This document shows positions 21,016 to 31,735 of a stretch of 64,000 nucleotides of DNA, piece by piece. This DNA is from Thermodesulfobium acidiphilum. GTDB lineage: Bacteria; Thermodesulfobiota; Thermodesulfobiia; Thermodesulfobiales; Thermodesulfobiaceae. The notes under the pieces were generated by a model, which was not told where the DNA came from, ran no database searches, and was given only the letters and a program-made list of their open reading frames with translations. The stretch spans positions 1,290,916 to 1,354,915 of the forward strand of contig NZ_CP020921.1 of assembly GCF_003057965.1 (NCBI RefSeq), in the 5' to 3' direction. The number at the start of each line of letters is the position of its first letter. Positions within the stretch are counted from its first letter, which is position 1. Position numbers and translations under genes: made by a program.

Positions 21016-21749
21016 TCTTAAGAGATCTGATAGTTTTAAAAAGAAGACTTATAATATTAATTGGTTCTAATCTTATGGGACCAATTTTATATCTTACGGC
21101 ATTTGGCTGGGGTTTAGGCTCACAAATTCACACTTCAGAAGGTTCATATCTCAACTTCGTTCTACCTGGCATATTATCTCTTACAGCAATGACATCTGCA
21201 TTTAATGGTTCTGGTCCTTCAATAACAATCTCAAGAATATATACCAAAACTTTTGAAGAACTCTTAATAGCTCCTATTAAAACATCAAGCATCGCCATTG
21301 CAAAAATAATCACAGGTTTAATTAGAGGAATACTTGCCTGTATCTCTCTAATATTTGTATCATTTTTTTACGGCGCGAATCCTTTTTTATGGAACGCTAT
21401 ATTTATAATTCACTTAACTTTTTGTCTTCTTATCTTTTCGTCTATGGGAGTGGTAGCCGGGCTTATAGCCTCATCTCATGAAACAATGAACCGTCTTAAT
21501 TCTTTTTTTATAACTCCAATGGCTTTTTTAGGCGGTACTTTCTTTAATACAAGTTTACTGCCTTTTCCAATAAACCAAATTATAAGTCTTCTCCCTATTA
21601 CCCCATGTTCAAATGGCTTAAGAGCAGCAGCTTTAGGAAAACCTCAAAATTTAAGCTTTTTCTTCCTTGAATCTATTTGGCTCATTTTTCTTGTAAGTAT
21701 TATAATTTATATTTTAAAAAACAAAGAATTAACCACCCCATACTCATAG
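20985..21749 (+). CDS. ABC-2 exporter permease (NodJ-like)
   Basis: YLNFVLPG, PMAFLGGTFF; about 6 TM segments. Confidence 0.88.
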   Translation: MQLFREVFPIVLRDLIVLKRRLIILIGSNLMGPILYLTAFGWGLGSQIHTSEGSYLNFVLPGILSLTAMTSAFNGSGPSITISRIYTKTFEELLIAPIKTSSIAIAKIITGLIRGILACISLIFVSFFYGANPFLWNAIFIIHLTFCLLIFSSMGVVAGLIASSHETMNRLNSFFITPMAFLGGTFFNTSLLPFPINQIISLLPITPCSNGLRAAALGKPQNLSFFFLESIWLIFLVSIIIYILKNKELTTPYS

Positions 21750-21755
21750 CTTTTT

Positions 21756-22733
21756 TTAAAGATTTAAAACAGTATATTTACCCATATTTGCATATTTATT
21801 CCATTTTGCAGCCTTTCTCTTTTCTTCGCTTAGGCTTAAAAGATTGGAAATATTTCTTATTATGCATTCCTTAGTTTTTTCTATAGTTAAATCTATATCT
21901 CTATGTGCACCACCAAGGGGTTCTTCGATTATCTCGTCAATTATACCTAACGAAAGCAGATCATAAGATGTCATCTTAAGAGCGCTAGCTGCTTCATCAG
22001 CAAATTTTGCGTCTCTAAAAAGTATAGATGCACAACCTTCTGGGGATATAACAGAAAACACAGAGTTTTCAAGCATTGCTATTCTGTCAGCAACAGAAAT
22101 TGCTAAAGCACCACCCGATCCACCTTCTCCAATAACAATTGCTAACGATGGAATAGAAAGAGAACTCATAAGACAAATAGACTCCGCAATTGCATTAGAC
22201 TGTCCTCTTTCTTCAGCCTCTATACCTGGATATGCGCCTGGAGTATCTATAAACGTGATCAAAGGAAGATTAAATTTCTGGGCGTGCCTCATTAATCTCA
22301 TAGCCTTTCTGTAACCCTCTGGATGAGGCATTCCAAAGTTCCTGTACATATTACTTTTGGTATCGCTACCCTTTTGATGCCCAATAAAAACCACGCTCAA
22401 ACCAGAAAGCCTTGCTATTCCACCTATTATTGAGGGGTCATCACGATATAACCTATCTCCTTTCATTTCAAACCAGTCATCAAAAATTCCTTTTACAAAG
22501 GTAAGAGTACCTGGTCTTTTTGGATGTCTAGCTATTTGAAGCCTCTGGTAAGGAGTTAGATCTTTCATAGTAATCTTATACAAGTTCTCCACTCTTTTTT
22601 GAAGAGATTCTATCTCTCCTGTCATGTCAACACCAGTTTCAGCAGATACTCTTTTTAACTCTTCAATTTTGTTATAAAGGTCTATTATTGGTTTTTCAAA
22701 ATCAATATATTGATCTTTTTTATCAATAGCCAT
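21756..22733 (-). CDS. accA: Acetyl-CoA carboxylase carboxyltransferase alpha
   Basis: RNFGMPHPEGYRKA, IDTPGAYPG, GEGGSGGALA. Confidence 0.97.
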   Translation of the reverse strand: MAIDKKDQYIDFEKPIIDLYNKIEELKRVSAETGVDMTGEIESLQKRVENLYKITMKDLTPYQRLQIARHPKRPGTLTFVKGIFDDWFEMKGDRLYRDDPSIIGGIARLSGLSVVFIGHQKGSDTKSNMYRNFGMPHPEGYRKAMRLMRHAQKFNLPLITFIDTPGAYPGIEAEERGQSNAIAESICLMSSLSIPSLAIVIGEGGSGGALAISVADRIAMLENSVFSVISPEGCASILFRDAKFADEAASALKMTSYDLLSLGIIDEIIEEPLGGAHRDIDLTIEKTKECIIRNISNLLSLSEEKRKAAKWNKYANMGKYTVLNL

Positions 22734-23538
22734 GCCAGCTCACCAACTTATTTAAAGTCTCTTTAATTGCTTTTCTTTCAATTACAGCATCTATCATACC
22801 ATGTTCTAAAAGATACTCCGACCTTTGAAATCCTTGTGGCAATTTTTGCCTTATTGTCTGCTCTATAACTCTTGGTCCAGCAAAACCTATCAAAGCACCA
22901 GGCTCAGCAATAATTACATCTCCCAGTGTTGCAAAGCTTGCAGAAACACCTCCCGTCGTTGGATGCAATAAACAAGAAATATAAAATCCTCCGCTCTCCT
23001 TGTATTTTCCAATAACCATTGCAGTTTTAGCCATCTGCATAAGAGAAAACATTCCTTCTTGCATTCTTGCTCCACCAGATGCACTAAACAGTACAAGCGC
23101 TAATCTTTTTTCTCTGGCATAATTGGTAATTCTAAATATCTTTTCTCCTACCACAGATCCCATACTTCCGCCAATAAAGTCAAAGTCCAAAATTCCTACA
23201 GCAATCTTCTTATCACCAATTGTACCAACTCCAACTATTATTGCTTCTTCTTTAAGAGTTTTAGACTGAGCTTCCTTAAGTCTTTCAGAATATGGCATTG
23301 TATCAACAAAATTAAGACTGTCCACCGGAAGAATCCCTGAAAACATTTCTTCAAAATTATCAAATGTAATATCTATTCTTTCTTGAACGGTTAGTCTAAA
23401 ATGATAATTACAATGATGACAAACTTTAAGATTATCGTTTAATTCACGAGTATATATTGCATTACTGCAATTTGGACATTTTGTCCAGAGACCTCCTGGT
23501 ATCTCCTTTTTTTTAACGTTAAAAAATTTATCTAGCAA
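22723..23538 (-). CDS. accD: Acetyl-CoA carboxylase carboxyltransferase beta
   Basis: LWTKCPNC..CHHC zinc finger, GGSMGSVVGEK, SGGARMQEG. Confidence 0.97.
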   Translation of the reverse strand: MLDKFFNVKKKEIPGGLWTKCPNCSNAIYTRELNDNLKVCHHCNYHFRLTVQERIDITFDNFEEMFSGILPVDSLNFVDTMPYSERLKEAQSKTLKEEAIIVGVGTIGDKKIAVGILDFDFIGGSMGSVVGEKIFRITNYAREKRLALVLFSASGGARMQEGMFSLMQMAKTAMVIGKYKESGGFYISCLLHPTTGGVSASFATLGDVIIAEPGALIGFAGPRVIEQTIRQKLPQGFQRSEYLLEHGMIDAVIERKAIKETLNKLVSWHGY

Positions 23539-23542
23539 AATT

Positions 23543-24046
23543 TCACCTCAATCCTTCAAAAACAATTAATAAATATACCAAAAGAATCAAAAATTCCAAA
23601 GGAGTTCTGCTCTTAAACCATCCAGTAAGAGGAAATGAAAAACTTCTTTTGCTAAAAGGATAAAAAAGCTTCACTCCCTTATTCCCTATCATATCAAAAA
23701 AGATATGAAGCAGATAACACATGGTAAAAAAAATTATAAAGCTTACAAAAAAATTAAAATCTATATTCATTAGAAATCTTAACAGAAAAGTAAACAAAAA
23801 GTCTACTATAATTACTGCAGATAAAGAGTGCCAAAAACCTCTATGTGAGAAAAAGATGCCAAAAAAAGGATTTCTCACCAAAGTAGATATCTTTGAAGTA
23901 GGCGAATCAATGTCTGGAAACAATGAGCCTAAAAAACTGCCCAAAAAAACTCCAATTTCATTGAAGTTCTTCACCCATTCAGGATGATTAACATATATAG
24001 CAACTGTGCTACCAACTCCAGCCACCAAATGAGTAAAACCTGTCAA
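23543..24046 (-). CDS. YdjM-family membrane-bound metal-dependent hydrolase
   Basis: TH, PDID, HRGFWHS and HIFFD motifs. Confidence 0.85.
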   Translation of the reverse strand: MTGFTHLVAGVGSTVAIYVNHPEWVKNFNEIGVFLGSFLGSLFPDIDSPTSKISTLVRNPFFGIFFSHRGFWHSLSAVIIVDFLFTFLLRFLMNIDFNFFVSFIIFFTMCYLLHIFFDMIGNKGVKLFYPFSKRSFSFPLTGWFKSRTPLEFLILLVYLLIVFEGLR

Positions 24047-26835
24047 GATCTACCAAACCATTCTTTAAGATATTTACCCGTAAAAGAATTATTCACTTCC
24101 ATTATTTCTTCGGGAGTACCAAAAGCAACTATCTTTCCCCCTTTATCACCGCCTTCAGGACCTAAATCAATGACCATATCACTGGCATAAACTACATCAA
24201 GGTTGTGTTCGACAACAATAACAGAATCTCCTCTATCAACTAATCTGTGCAAAACATTGATCAACTTTTTTATATCATCAAAATGAAGTCCAGTAGTGGG
24301 CTCATCAAGCAAATATAAGGTATGGCCCCTAAACTTTTTTGTAAGTTCATATGCCAGCTTTAATCTTTGGGATTCCCCACCAGAAAGAGTGGTTGCGCTT
24401 TGGCCTAACCTTATATAACCAAGTCCAATATCACTCAGAACAGATAGCTTTCTAGATATTGCCGGGTGAGAAGAAAAAAATTCCCTTGCTTCATCTACAC
24501 TCATATTCAAAATTTCAGATATATTTTTCCCTTTAAATTCTACTTTCAAAGTGTCTTTTTGATACCTTGTGCCATTACAAACATCACAAGGAACGTATAC
24601 ATCGGGTAAAAAAAGCATCTGGATTTTTTTGAAACCTTCGCCTCTGCAAGCTTCACATCTTCCACCCTTTACGTTGAAGCTAAAATGGCCAGGCTTAAAA
24701 CCTAATCTTTTAGATTCAGGAAGCTGAGCAAACAAACTTCTTATATCATCTAATACCCCAGTATATGTGGCGGGATTAGACCTTGGCGTTCTACCTATAG
24801 GAGATTGATCCATTAAAAGAACCCTATCAATTTTCTCAACGCCCTCGATTGATTCATATTGACCTGGCATTTCTCTGAAACCCTTCTCCTTTTTTATACC
24901 TTTGTATAAAATTTCATATAGAAGCGTGCTTTTCCCCGAACCAGAAACACCTGTTATAGTACAAAATATTTTCAACGGTAAGTTTATATCTATATTTTTT
25001 AGGTTAAACTGACTTGCACCAAATACTCTTAAAAAGCTATCTGTCTTCCTTCTAAAAGTATTCTCTACAATCCTTAACTTCCCTGAAAGATATTTGCCAG
25101 TCAAGGTATCTGATTCGTACAATCCCTTTATATCTCCCGAATACACTACTTTTCCACCTCTTTCTCCTGCATATGGCCCCATATCCACTACAAAATCTGC
25201 TGCCTCAATGGTTTCCCTATCATGTTCTACAACTATAACTGTATTGCCTATAAGTGAAAGTTCTCTCAAACTGTCTACCAATCTTGATATGTCTCTTGGA
25301 TGAAGTCCAATACTTGGTTCGTCAAGTACATAAAGAACTCCAACCAGACCAGAACCAATTTGGGTGGCAAGTCTTAACCTTTGCACTTCGCCTCCAGAAA
25401 GAGTCATCGTGGCTCTATCCAAAGTTAAATAATCTAAACCAAGATCTAGAAGATATCGAAGCCTCTTTTTTATTTCTTTAAAAATAGGTCTTGAAATCTC
25501 TTCTTTTTCACGAGCATGTGTCTCGTACTCATAAATATTTTTCTCATAGTCTTCAATAAATGCCAAGATCTTTTCTGGAACAAGCTTCAAAAGATCAGCA
25601 ATGTTCATTTTGTTTATATATACGCTAAGCGCTTCCTTTCTAAGCCTTGTGCCATTACATAGGCTACAAGTTCTCATTATAAAAAAATCTTTAAACTCAT
25701 CCCAGGATTCATTAAACGATTCTGAACGTTTTCTTTCAATATACTTTGCTATACTTTCAAATGAATTATCCTTTTCTATATTCGAGACATCACCAAATAG
25801 AAGGAGATTTATTTCTTCAGAACTTAACATTTTTACAGGTTTGCTAATACTTATTCCTTTCGATCTCGCAAAACTTAACAGGTTATATACGTAATATTGG
25901 TTATATCTACCTCTAAAAACTCTCGCAGCCCCTTCTTGTAAAGACAAATTCATATCAAAAACCTTTTCAGGGTCTAATTCTTCCACAAATCCCAGTCCGT
26001 TACACGCTGGGCAAGCTCCATATGGGCTATTAAAAGAAAAAAGTCTTGGACTCAATTCTACAAGACTAAAACCACATTTAGGACACGATAGTTTTTCACT
26101 ATACAAATCAAATTGCCCATCTTTTCTTTGAACTCTAATTACACCATTTCCCACTTCCAAAGCTAGTCTAACAGCTTCGCTTAATCTCTTTGTTTTATCA
26201 CTGCTAAGCGTTATTTCATCAATAACTAAAATTATAGTGTGTTTTTTATTTTTATCTAAAAGAACTTCTTCCTCAGAAATATCGTAGGTTTTTGAGTCAA
26301 TTATCATTTTGAAAAAACCTTGTTTTCTATATCTATTAATTAGATCTTTAAACTCACCCTTCCTTCCATCAATTAGAACTGAAGTTATCATTATCAATTC
26401 GTTTGGATATTTCTTGTATAAGTCACTAACTATCTCATCCAAAGAAGTTGCTTTTATCGGAATATTACATTTTGGACAATATGCCACCCCTATTCTTGCA
26501 AAAAGTAATCTAAAATAATCATATATCTCTGTAAGAGTCCCCACTGTAGAACGAGGGTTATGAGTCATACCCCTTTGATCTATAGAAACTGCAGGGGAAA
26601 GTCCCTCAATAGATTCAACCTGTGGTTTTTTCAACTGTCCTAAAAATTGTCTGGCATAAACTGACAATGATTCTGCATATCTTCTTTGTCCTTCAGCGTA
26701 AAGGGTATCAAATGCAAGTGACGATTTTCCCGATCCTGACACTCCAGTAAAAACCACAAATTTGTTTCTTGGAATGTCTAAATTCACATCCTTTAAATTG
26801 TTTTCTTTTGCACCTCTAATTCTTATATAATCCAC
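24043..26835 (-). CDS. uvrA: Excinuclease ABC subunit A
   Basis: Two ABC modules (GVSGSGKS twice), AEGQRRY, zinc fingers. Confidence 0.97.
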   Translation of the reverse strand: MDYIRIRGAKENNLKDVNLDIPRNKFVVFTGVSGSGKSSLAFDTLYAEGQRRYAESLSVYARQFLGQLKKPQVESIEGLSPAVSIDQRGMTHNPRSTVGTLTEIYDYFRLLFARIGVAYCPKCNIPIKATSLDEIVSDLYKKYPNELIMITSVLIDGRKGEFKDLINRYRKQGFFKMIIDSKTYDISEEEVLLDKNKKHTIILVIDEITLSSDKTKRLSEAVRLALEVGNGVIRVQRKDGQFDLYSEKLSCPKCGFSLVELSPRLFSFNSPYGACPACNGLGFVEELDPEKVFDMNLSLQEGAARVFRGRYNQYYVYNLLSFARSKGISISKPVKMLSSEEINLLLFGDVSNIEKDNSFESIAKYIERKRSESFNESWDEFKDFFIMRTCSLCNGTRLRKEALSVYINKMNIADLLKLVPEKILAFIEDYEKNIYEYETHAREKEEISRPIFKEIKKRLRYLLDLGLDYLTLDRATMTLSGGEVQRLRLATQIGSGLVGVLYVLDEPSIGLHPRDISRLVDSLRELSLIGNTVIVVEHDRETIEAADFVVDMGPYAGERGGKVVYSGDIKGLYESDTLTGKYLSGKLRIVENTFRRKTDSFLRVFGASQFNLKNIDINLPLKIFCTITGVSGSGKSTLLYEILYKGIKKEKGFREMPGQYESIEGVEKIDRVLLMDQSPIGRTPRSNPATYTGVLDDIRSLFAQLPESKRLGFKPGHFSFNVKGGRCEACRGEGFKKIQMLFLPDVYVPCDVCNGTRYQKDTLKVEFKGKNISEILNMSVDEAREFFSSHPAISRKLSVLSDIGLGYIRLGQSATTLSGGESQRLKLAYELTKKFRGHTLYLLDEPTTGLHFDDIKKLINVLHRLVDRGDSVIVVEHNLDVVYASDMVIDLGPEGGDKGGKIVAFGTPEEIMEVNNSFTGKYLKEWFGRS

Positions 26836-26861
26836 AAATACCTCAATTTAGCAAATCCAAA

Positions 26862-27467
26862 TTATTTATATAAGTTAAATCTTTTAATATATTCTATAGT
26901 AGAAGGATCAAGAAACTCAGATAAATTTTCATTTAACGCTACTTTTTTTCTAATGAGATTTGATGAAATATCGGGTATATCAACTTCAAAGAAATCTATA
27001 TTATGAAAAATTTCTTCAGGTAACTTTTCAATTGAATTATCTTTGTCGACATTTCTTTTGAAAACCACAAACTTACAAATTTTCAGTATATCATCAATTT
27101 TATACCAATTTGTTAGAGAAAGTGCAGTATCCAAACCCATAATAAAATATAACTGTGAACCAGGATACCGCTTCTTGATTTCTACTAGAGTAAGGTAGGT
27201 ATAAGATGGTTCCTTTCTAATTAATTCCAAATCGCTCAAAGTATATCTTTTTTCATTTTTTATACACTCATAAAGCATACACCATCTGTGAAAGTCGCTA
27301 GCATAAATCCTATTTTTTAAAGGAGATCTTTTAGCAGGTATCCAAAAAAGAGTGTCTGGATCAATAATGTTAAGCGCACTCTGCCCTAATTTCAAATGGC
27401 CAATATGAACCGGATCAAAAGTGCCACCCAAAATTGCTATTCTATGTTCTAATTTGACCATTTCCAA
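26862..27467 (-). CDS. nadD: Nicotinate-nucleotide adenylyltransferase
   Basis: GGTFDPVHIGH, SYT, FIMGLD, ISS. Confidence 0.94.
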   Translation of the reverse strand: MEMVKLEHRIAILGGTFDPVHIGHLKLGQSALNIIDPDTLFWIPAKRSPLKNRIYASDFHRWCMLYECIKNEKRYTLSDLELIRKEPSYTYLTLVEIKKRYPGSQLYFIMGLDTALSLTNWYKIDDILKICKFVVFKRNVDKDNSIEKLPEEIFHNIDFFEVDIPDISSNLIRKKVALNENLSEFLDPSTIEYIKRFNLYK

Positions 27468-28707
27468 ATATAACGTATTTCATTGTAGTTAGTGCCTCAA
27501 GACCCATAGGTCCTCTTACGTGAAGTTTTTGAGTACTTATTCCTACTTCTGCGCCAAATCCAAATTCACCGCCATCTGTAAACCTCGTTGATGCGTTGGC
27601 ATAAACTGCACTAGCATCAACATCTCTAAGAAATCTCCTGATACTTGAATAGTTTTCTGAAACTATAGCCTCAGAATGTTTAGAACCATATTTATTAATA
27701 TGACTTATAGCCTCCCTTAGATCTTTAACTATTTTAATAGCAACAATTAGGTCGTGATATTCTTTATACCAATCCTCTTCAGTAGCTAAAATCGCGTCCT
27801 TTACATATTTCAAAGTTTGCTGACACCCCCTTATCTGGACATCTCTCTTTTTAAATTCCATAACGAGAGGTACAAGTATATTTGAAGCAATATTTTTATG
27901 AATAAGGACTTTTTCTATAGAATTACATACAGATGGTCTTTGAGTCTTTGCGTTTATCGCTATCTTTAAAGCCATCTCAACGTTAGCTGATTCATCTATA
28001 TATAAATGACAGTTACCTATACCAGTTTCAATCACAGGAATGTGAGAATTTTCAACAACATGCTTAATTAAACCTTCAGAACCTCTTGGAATGATAACGT
28101 CTATAAGTCCTCTCTGTTTTAAAAGCACATCAACTGCTGATCTGTCAGTAGTTTCTATAAATTGAACTGCCCTTTCATCTATCTGCGCTTCTTTAAGCGA
28201 TTCTTTAACAAGGTCTACTAATACTTTATTTGTATTTATAACTTCACTACCACCTTTCAAGATTACTGCATTTCCAGATTTAATAGCAAGAGTTGTAATT
28301 TCTATAGTTACATTTGGTCTTGCCTCATATATTATTCCTATACATCCAAGAGGTACCCTTTTACAATAAATTTCAAGTCCATTTGGCCTTTTGGTGCCAA
28401 AAGTTACGCTTCCAATAGGATCTGGAAGATATGAAACTTTTTTACAACCTTCAGCCATCTGTACAATTCTTTTGTGATCCAAGAGCATTCTGTCAATCAA
28501 ACTAGAAGACGTGCTCTTCTGTCTGGCAGCTTCTATATCTGAAGCGTTAGCGCTTATAACTTTTTTTTCACTTTCAATTAATTTTTTTGACAAAATGTTT
28601 AAAAAGTTATTTTTAGTGTTTGTATCCAAAGATGCAATATTGTATGTTGATTCTTTCCCCTCTCTACACAATTTTTCCACATATTCTTTAATTTCAACAG
28701 TTTCCAT
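27442..28707 (-). CDS. proA: Glutamate-5-semialdehyde dehydrogenase
   Basis: IYEARPNVT, NASTRFTDG, GISTQKLHVRGP. Confidence 0.96.
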   Translation of the reverse strand: METVEIKEYVEKLCREGKESTYNIASLDTNTKNNFLNILSKKLIESEKKVISANASDIEAARQKSTSSSLIDRMLLDHKRIVQMAEGCKKVSYLPDPIGSVTFGTKRPNGLEIYCKRVPLGCIGIIYEARPNVTIEITTLAIKSGNAVILKGGSEVINTNKVLVDLVKESLKEAQIDERAVQFIETTDRSAVDVLLKQRGLIDVIIPRGSEGLIKHVVENSHIPVIETGIGNCHLYIDESANVEMALKIAINAKTQRPSVCNSIEKVLIHKNIASNILVPLVMEFKKRDVQIRGCQQTLKYVKDAILATEEDWYKEYHDLIVAIKIVKDLREAISHINKYGSKHSEAIVSENYSSIRRFLRDVDASAVYANASTRFTDGGEFGFGAEVGISTQKLHVRGPMGLEALTTMKYVIFGNGQIRT

Positions 28708-28732
28708 AATTTTATTAACCTCCCCTAGACAT

Positions 28733-29815
28733 TTAAATAATTATCATGTAATCTTTATGTACTATCTCATCAGAAAATTTATAACCTAGAATATCATAAA
28801 TATTCTTAGTATTAGACCCTTTTATTCTTAAAATTTCATTAGACGAATAATTGGTTAATCCTTTAGCAACGACATTACCAGATTGATCAGTAATCTCAAT
28901 AATATCTGCTCTTTTAAAATTACCAACAACATCTACAACACCCGATGGCAAAAGACTTTTGTTTTTAAAAAGAGCTTCCTTTGCACCTTGATCAATCACA
29001 ATTTTACCCTTTGTTTTGCTATTGTGTTTTAACCATGACATCTTTTGCGAACTCTTTGTAGATGGCTCAAAAAATGTACCTATATTAATATTTCTATCTA
29101 CCATATTGAAAAATTCCTTTATTTTTTTATTGGAAACAATATGTACAGAAATTCCTGCATCAGTTGCTATCTGTGCTGCCTTAAGTTTTGTAAACATCCC
29201 ACCAGTACCAAATTTTGAATTTGCTTGACCAGCAATATTAAAAAGTTCGCTATCAATTCTTTTAACTCTTTTGATAAGGGTGCTTGGATCATTTTTATTC
29301 ATATACAATCCATCAACATCAGTAAAAATAGTAAGAATATTTGCTTTAACCAATAAGGAAACCAGAGCAGAAAGCGTATCGTTATCACCAATCTTTATTT
29401 CTTCTACAGCAACAGTATCGTTTTCATTTACAACAGGTACAATATTTGATTTTAGCAATACCTTAAAGGTATTCTGGATATTTAGAAATCTTTCACGATT
29501 AGATAAATCTGCAGCAGTAAATAAAAGCTGTGCACATTGAATATCTCTCCTATCGAAAGCCCTTTTGTAAGCATTCATCAAATAAAGTTGTCCTACAGAA
29601 GCTGCAGCTTGCTTTTCAGGAATTGATTTTGGGTTTTTTATATTGGTATAAAACTTTCCAAGGCCTATTGCTCCCGACGAAACGAGAACAAACTTCATCC
29701 CCTTTTTCATATTCAATGACACGCCTTCAGCAATCATATCTATGAATTCTTCATTAATAGAATTTTGTTTAACTATCGAGGATGTGCCAATTTTCAAAAC
29801 AATTCTCATACTCAT
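28733..29815 (-). CDS. proB: Glutamate 5-kinase
   Basis: [27 protein letters not shown]-terminal PUA domain. Confidence 0.96.
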   Translation of the reverse strand: MSMRIVLKIGTSSIVKQNSINEEFIDMIAEGVSLNMKKGMKFVLVSSGAIGLGKFYTNIKNPKSIPEKQAAASVGQLYLMNAYKRAFDRRDIQCAQLLFTAADLSNRERFLNIQNTFKVLLKSNIVPVVNENDTVAVEEIKIGDNDTLSALVSLLVKANILTIFTDVDGLYMNKNDPSTLIKRVKRIDSELFNIAGQANSKFGTGGMFTKLKAAQIATDAGISVHIVSNKKIKEFFNMVDRNINIGTFFEPSTKSSQKMSWLKHNSKTKGKIVIDQGAKEALFKNKSLLPSGVVDVVGNFKRADIIEITDQSGNVVAKGLTNYSSNEILRIKGSNTKNIYDILGYKFSDEIVHKDYMIII

Positions 29816-29861
29816 TTAAATTTCATCCCTAAAAAACGTTGTCCTCACAGATTAAAAAATT

Positions 29862-30872
29862 TTAAACAAGAATTTTGGATTCAGAAACTAATTCTAAAAT
29901 TATATTTTTCAAAGCTTCAACGCTAGTTCTATCAAACGTACTTATAGAATAAACTTTTTCATTTAATCCATTAAAATAAGATAAAAGCTCATTTTCTGTA
30001 ATTTTATTGATCAAATCACGCTTATTTAACAAAATTATTCTCTTTTTCTGCAACAAATCTCTATTATACTGCTCAAGCTCTTTTATAATTATATTATAAT
30101 ACTTTATCGGATCTAAACTTGCATCTAAAACAAATATAAGAAAATTGGAACGCTCTATATGTCTTAAGAAGATATTCCCCAAACCCTTGCCCTTGCTTGC
30201 TCCTTCAATAATTCCAGGAATATCGGCTAAAACTATTGCCTTTTCATTATTTGATAACACTCCAAGAACTGGTTTTATAGTTGTAAAAGAATATTCCCCA
30301 ACAATTGCTTTAGCATTTGTCAATGCATTTAAAATCGAAGATTTACCAGCATTAGGAAACCCTATCAAAGAAGCATCCGCAATAATTTTTAATTCAAGTA
30401 AAACATTTTTTTCCTCACCAGGCTCTCCATCTTGAGCATAATGGGGAACTCTGTTTGTAGGCGTAGCGAAGTTAGAATTACCCAATCCTCCCTTTCCACC
30501 CTTCGCAACCAAAAAGACTTTCCCATTATGATCAAGATCACATATAATCTCGTTTGTATTTGGGTCCTTAACCACTGTTCCTACGGGTACATGAAGATAT
30601 AAATCTTCAGCATCCTTTCCGTGCATCTTTTTAGAAGATCCAGGTTCACCGTTCTTTCCCCTGAACTCGCGATTGGATTTAAAAAAAGATAGATCGCTTA
30701 CTTCTCTGCTAGCAACAAGGTATATATTTGCTCCTCTTCCACCATCTCCGCCATCCGGTCCACCCTTTGGAATATATTTCTCCTTCCTAAAGCTTACACA
30801 TCCTCTTCCACCATGCCCCCCCACAAATTTTACTTTTGCAGTATCAGGAAAAATATAAGATTTTAAAGACAT
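29862..30872 (-). CDS. obgE: GTPase ObgE/CgtA (short, no C-terminal OCT domain)
   Basis: GGPDGGDGGRG, GFPNAGKS, DIPG, FLRHIER. Confidence 0.95.
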   Translation of the reverse strand: MSLKSYIFPDTAKVKFVGGHGGRGCVSFRKEKYIPKGGPDGGDGGRGANIYLVASREVSDLSFFKSNREFRGKNGEPGSSKKMHGKDAEDLYLHVPVGTVVKDPNTNEIICDLDHNGKVFLVAKGGKGGLGNSNFATPTNRVPHYAQDGEPGEEKNVLLELKIIADASLIGFPNAGKSSILNALTNAKAIVGEYSFTTIKPVLGVLSNNEKAIVLADIPGIIEGASKGKGLGNIFLRHIERSNFLIFVLDASLDPIKYYNIIIKELEQYNRDLLQKKRIILLNKRDLINKITENELLSYFNGLNEKVYSISTFDRTSVEALKNIILELVSESKILV

Positions 30873-30878
30873 AAAACT

Positions 30879-31130
30879 TTAATTAGGGATAACTTCAGCT
30901 ACAACTTTTCCAGCTTTCTTTATAAAATTAACTCTGCCATCAATCTTAGCAAAAATAGTATAGTCTCTCCCTATTCCAACATTATTACCTGGATGAATCT
31001 TTGTTCCACGTTGCCTTGCTATAATAGATCCAGCGCTTACCAACTCACCACCATAAGCTTTAACCCCAAGATATTGAGGATTACTATCTCTTCCGTTTCT
31101 AGAACTGCCTCCACCTTTTTTGGATGCCAC
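30879..31130 (-). CDS. rpmA: 50S ribosomal protein L27
   Basis: [18 protein letters not shown]. Confidence 0.97.
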   Translation of the reverse strand: MASKKGGGSSRNGRDSNPQYLGVKAYGGELVSAGSIIARQRGTKIHPGNNVGIGRDYTIFAKIDGRVNFIKKAGKVVAEVIPN

Positions 31131-31164
31131 TTAAATCACCTCTCACAAAATAGCTTAAAATAAT

Positions 31165-31452
31165 TTATATTTCAGAAATTCTTAACATGGTAAACTTTTG
31201 TCTATTGCCTTTTTTATTCCTATAACCTTTTTTAGGCCTATATTTAAAAGCGATTACAGTTCTCTCCTTACCGCTTCCTTCAACAATCGTCTCAACATTT
31301 GAAGTTTTAATCTCAGGTTCTTCATCAAAAACTAGAGCGTTTTCAACAACAAATCTTTCGCCTTCCTTTAAACCTTCGATAAAGGGCACTTTAATTTTAT
31401 CGCCTGGAACAGCTAAAAACTCTTTGCCCCTAATTTTTAAAACATAAACCAC
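31165..31452 (-). CDS. rplU: 50S ribosomal protein L21 (divergent)
   Basis: FKYRPKKGYRNKKGNRQKFT; directly upstream of rpmA. Confidence 0.88.
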   Translation of the reverse strand: MVYVLKIRGKEFLAVPGDKIKVPFIEGLKEGERFVVENALVFDEEPEIKTSNVETIVEGSGKERTVIAFKYRPKKGYRNKKGNRQKFTMLRISEI

Positions 31453-31475
31453 TATTTATTCCTCCTTAAAAAATA

Positions 31476-31567
31476 TGGCGGAGAGAGAGGGATTCGAACC
31501 CTCGAAGCAGTTTTGGCCGCTTACTCCCTTAGCAGGGGAGCGCCTTCGACCACTCGGCCATCTCTCC
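31476..31567 (-). tRNA. tRNA-Ser(GCT)
   Basis: GGAGAGATGGCCGAGTGG..CTCCC-CT-GCT-AA-GGGAG, long variable arm, GGTTCGAATCC, encoded CCA; 92 nt. Confidence 0.97.
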
Positions 31568-31579
31568 ATCAGCAGGAAA

Positions 31580-31607
31580 ATTATAACAAAAAATTAAACT
31601 TTTGCAA
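31580..31607 (-). promoter_or_regulatory. Promoter for tRNA-Ser-rplU-rpmA
   Basis: TTGCAA, 16 bp spacer, TATAAT with TGn extension. Confidence 0.6.
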
Positions 31608-31682
31608 ACAACTTAGTGTGCTATTATATCACAATTTTTATAGCTTATCTATTTATTTAGTATAAATAAAACAATATTAACA

Positions 31683-31723
31683 AAAAACTAAAAACGCGCA
31701 ACCATACAAATATAGCTGCGCGT
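31683..31723 (-). terminator. Intrinsic terminator after the ferredoxin gene
   Basis: ACGCGCAGCTA..TGGTTGCGCGT stem followed by a T-rich tract on the minus strand. Confidence 0.75.
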
Positions 31724-31735
31724 ATATAATAATTT

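Noticed and set aside
31476-31567. tRNA-Ser as an island integration site
   Set aside because: Flanked by core genes; no integrase or duplicated 3' end seen
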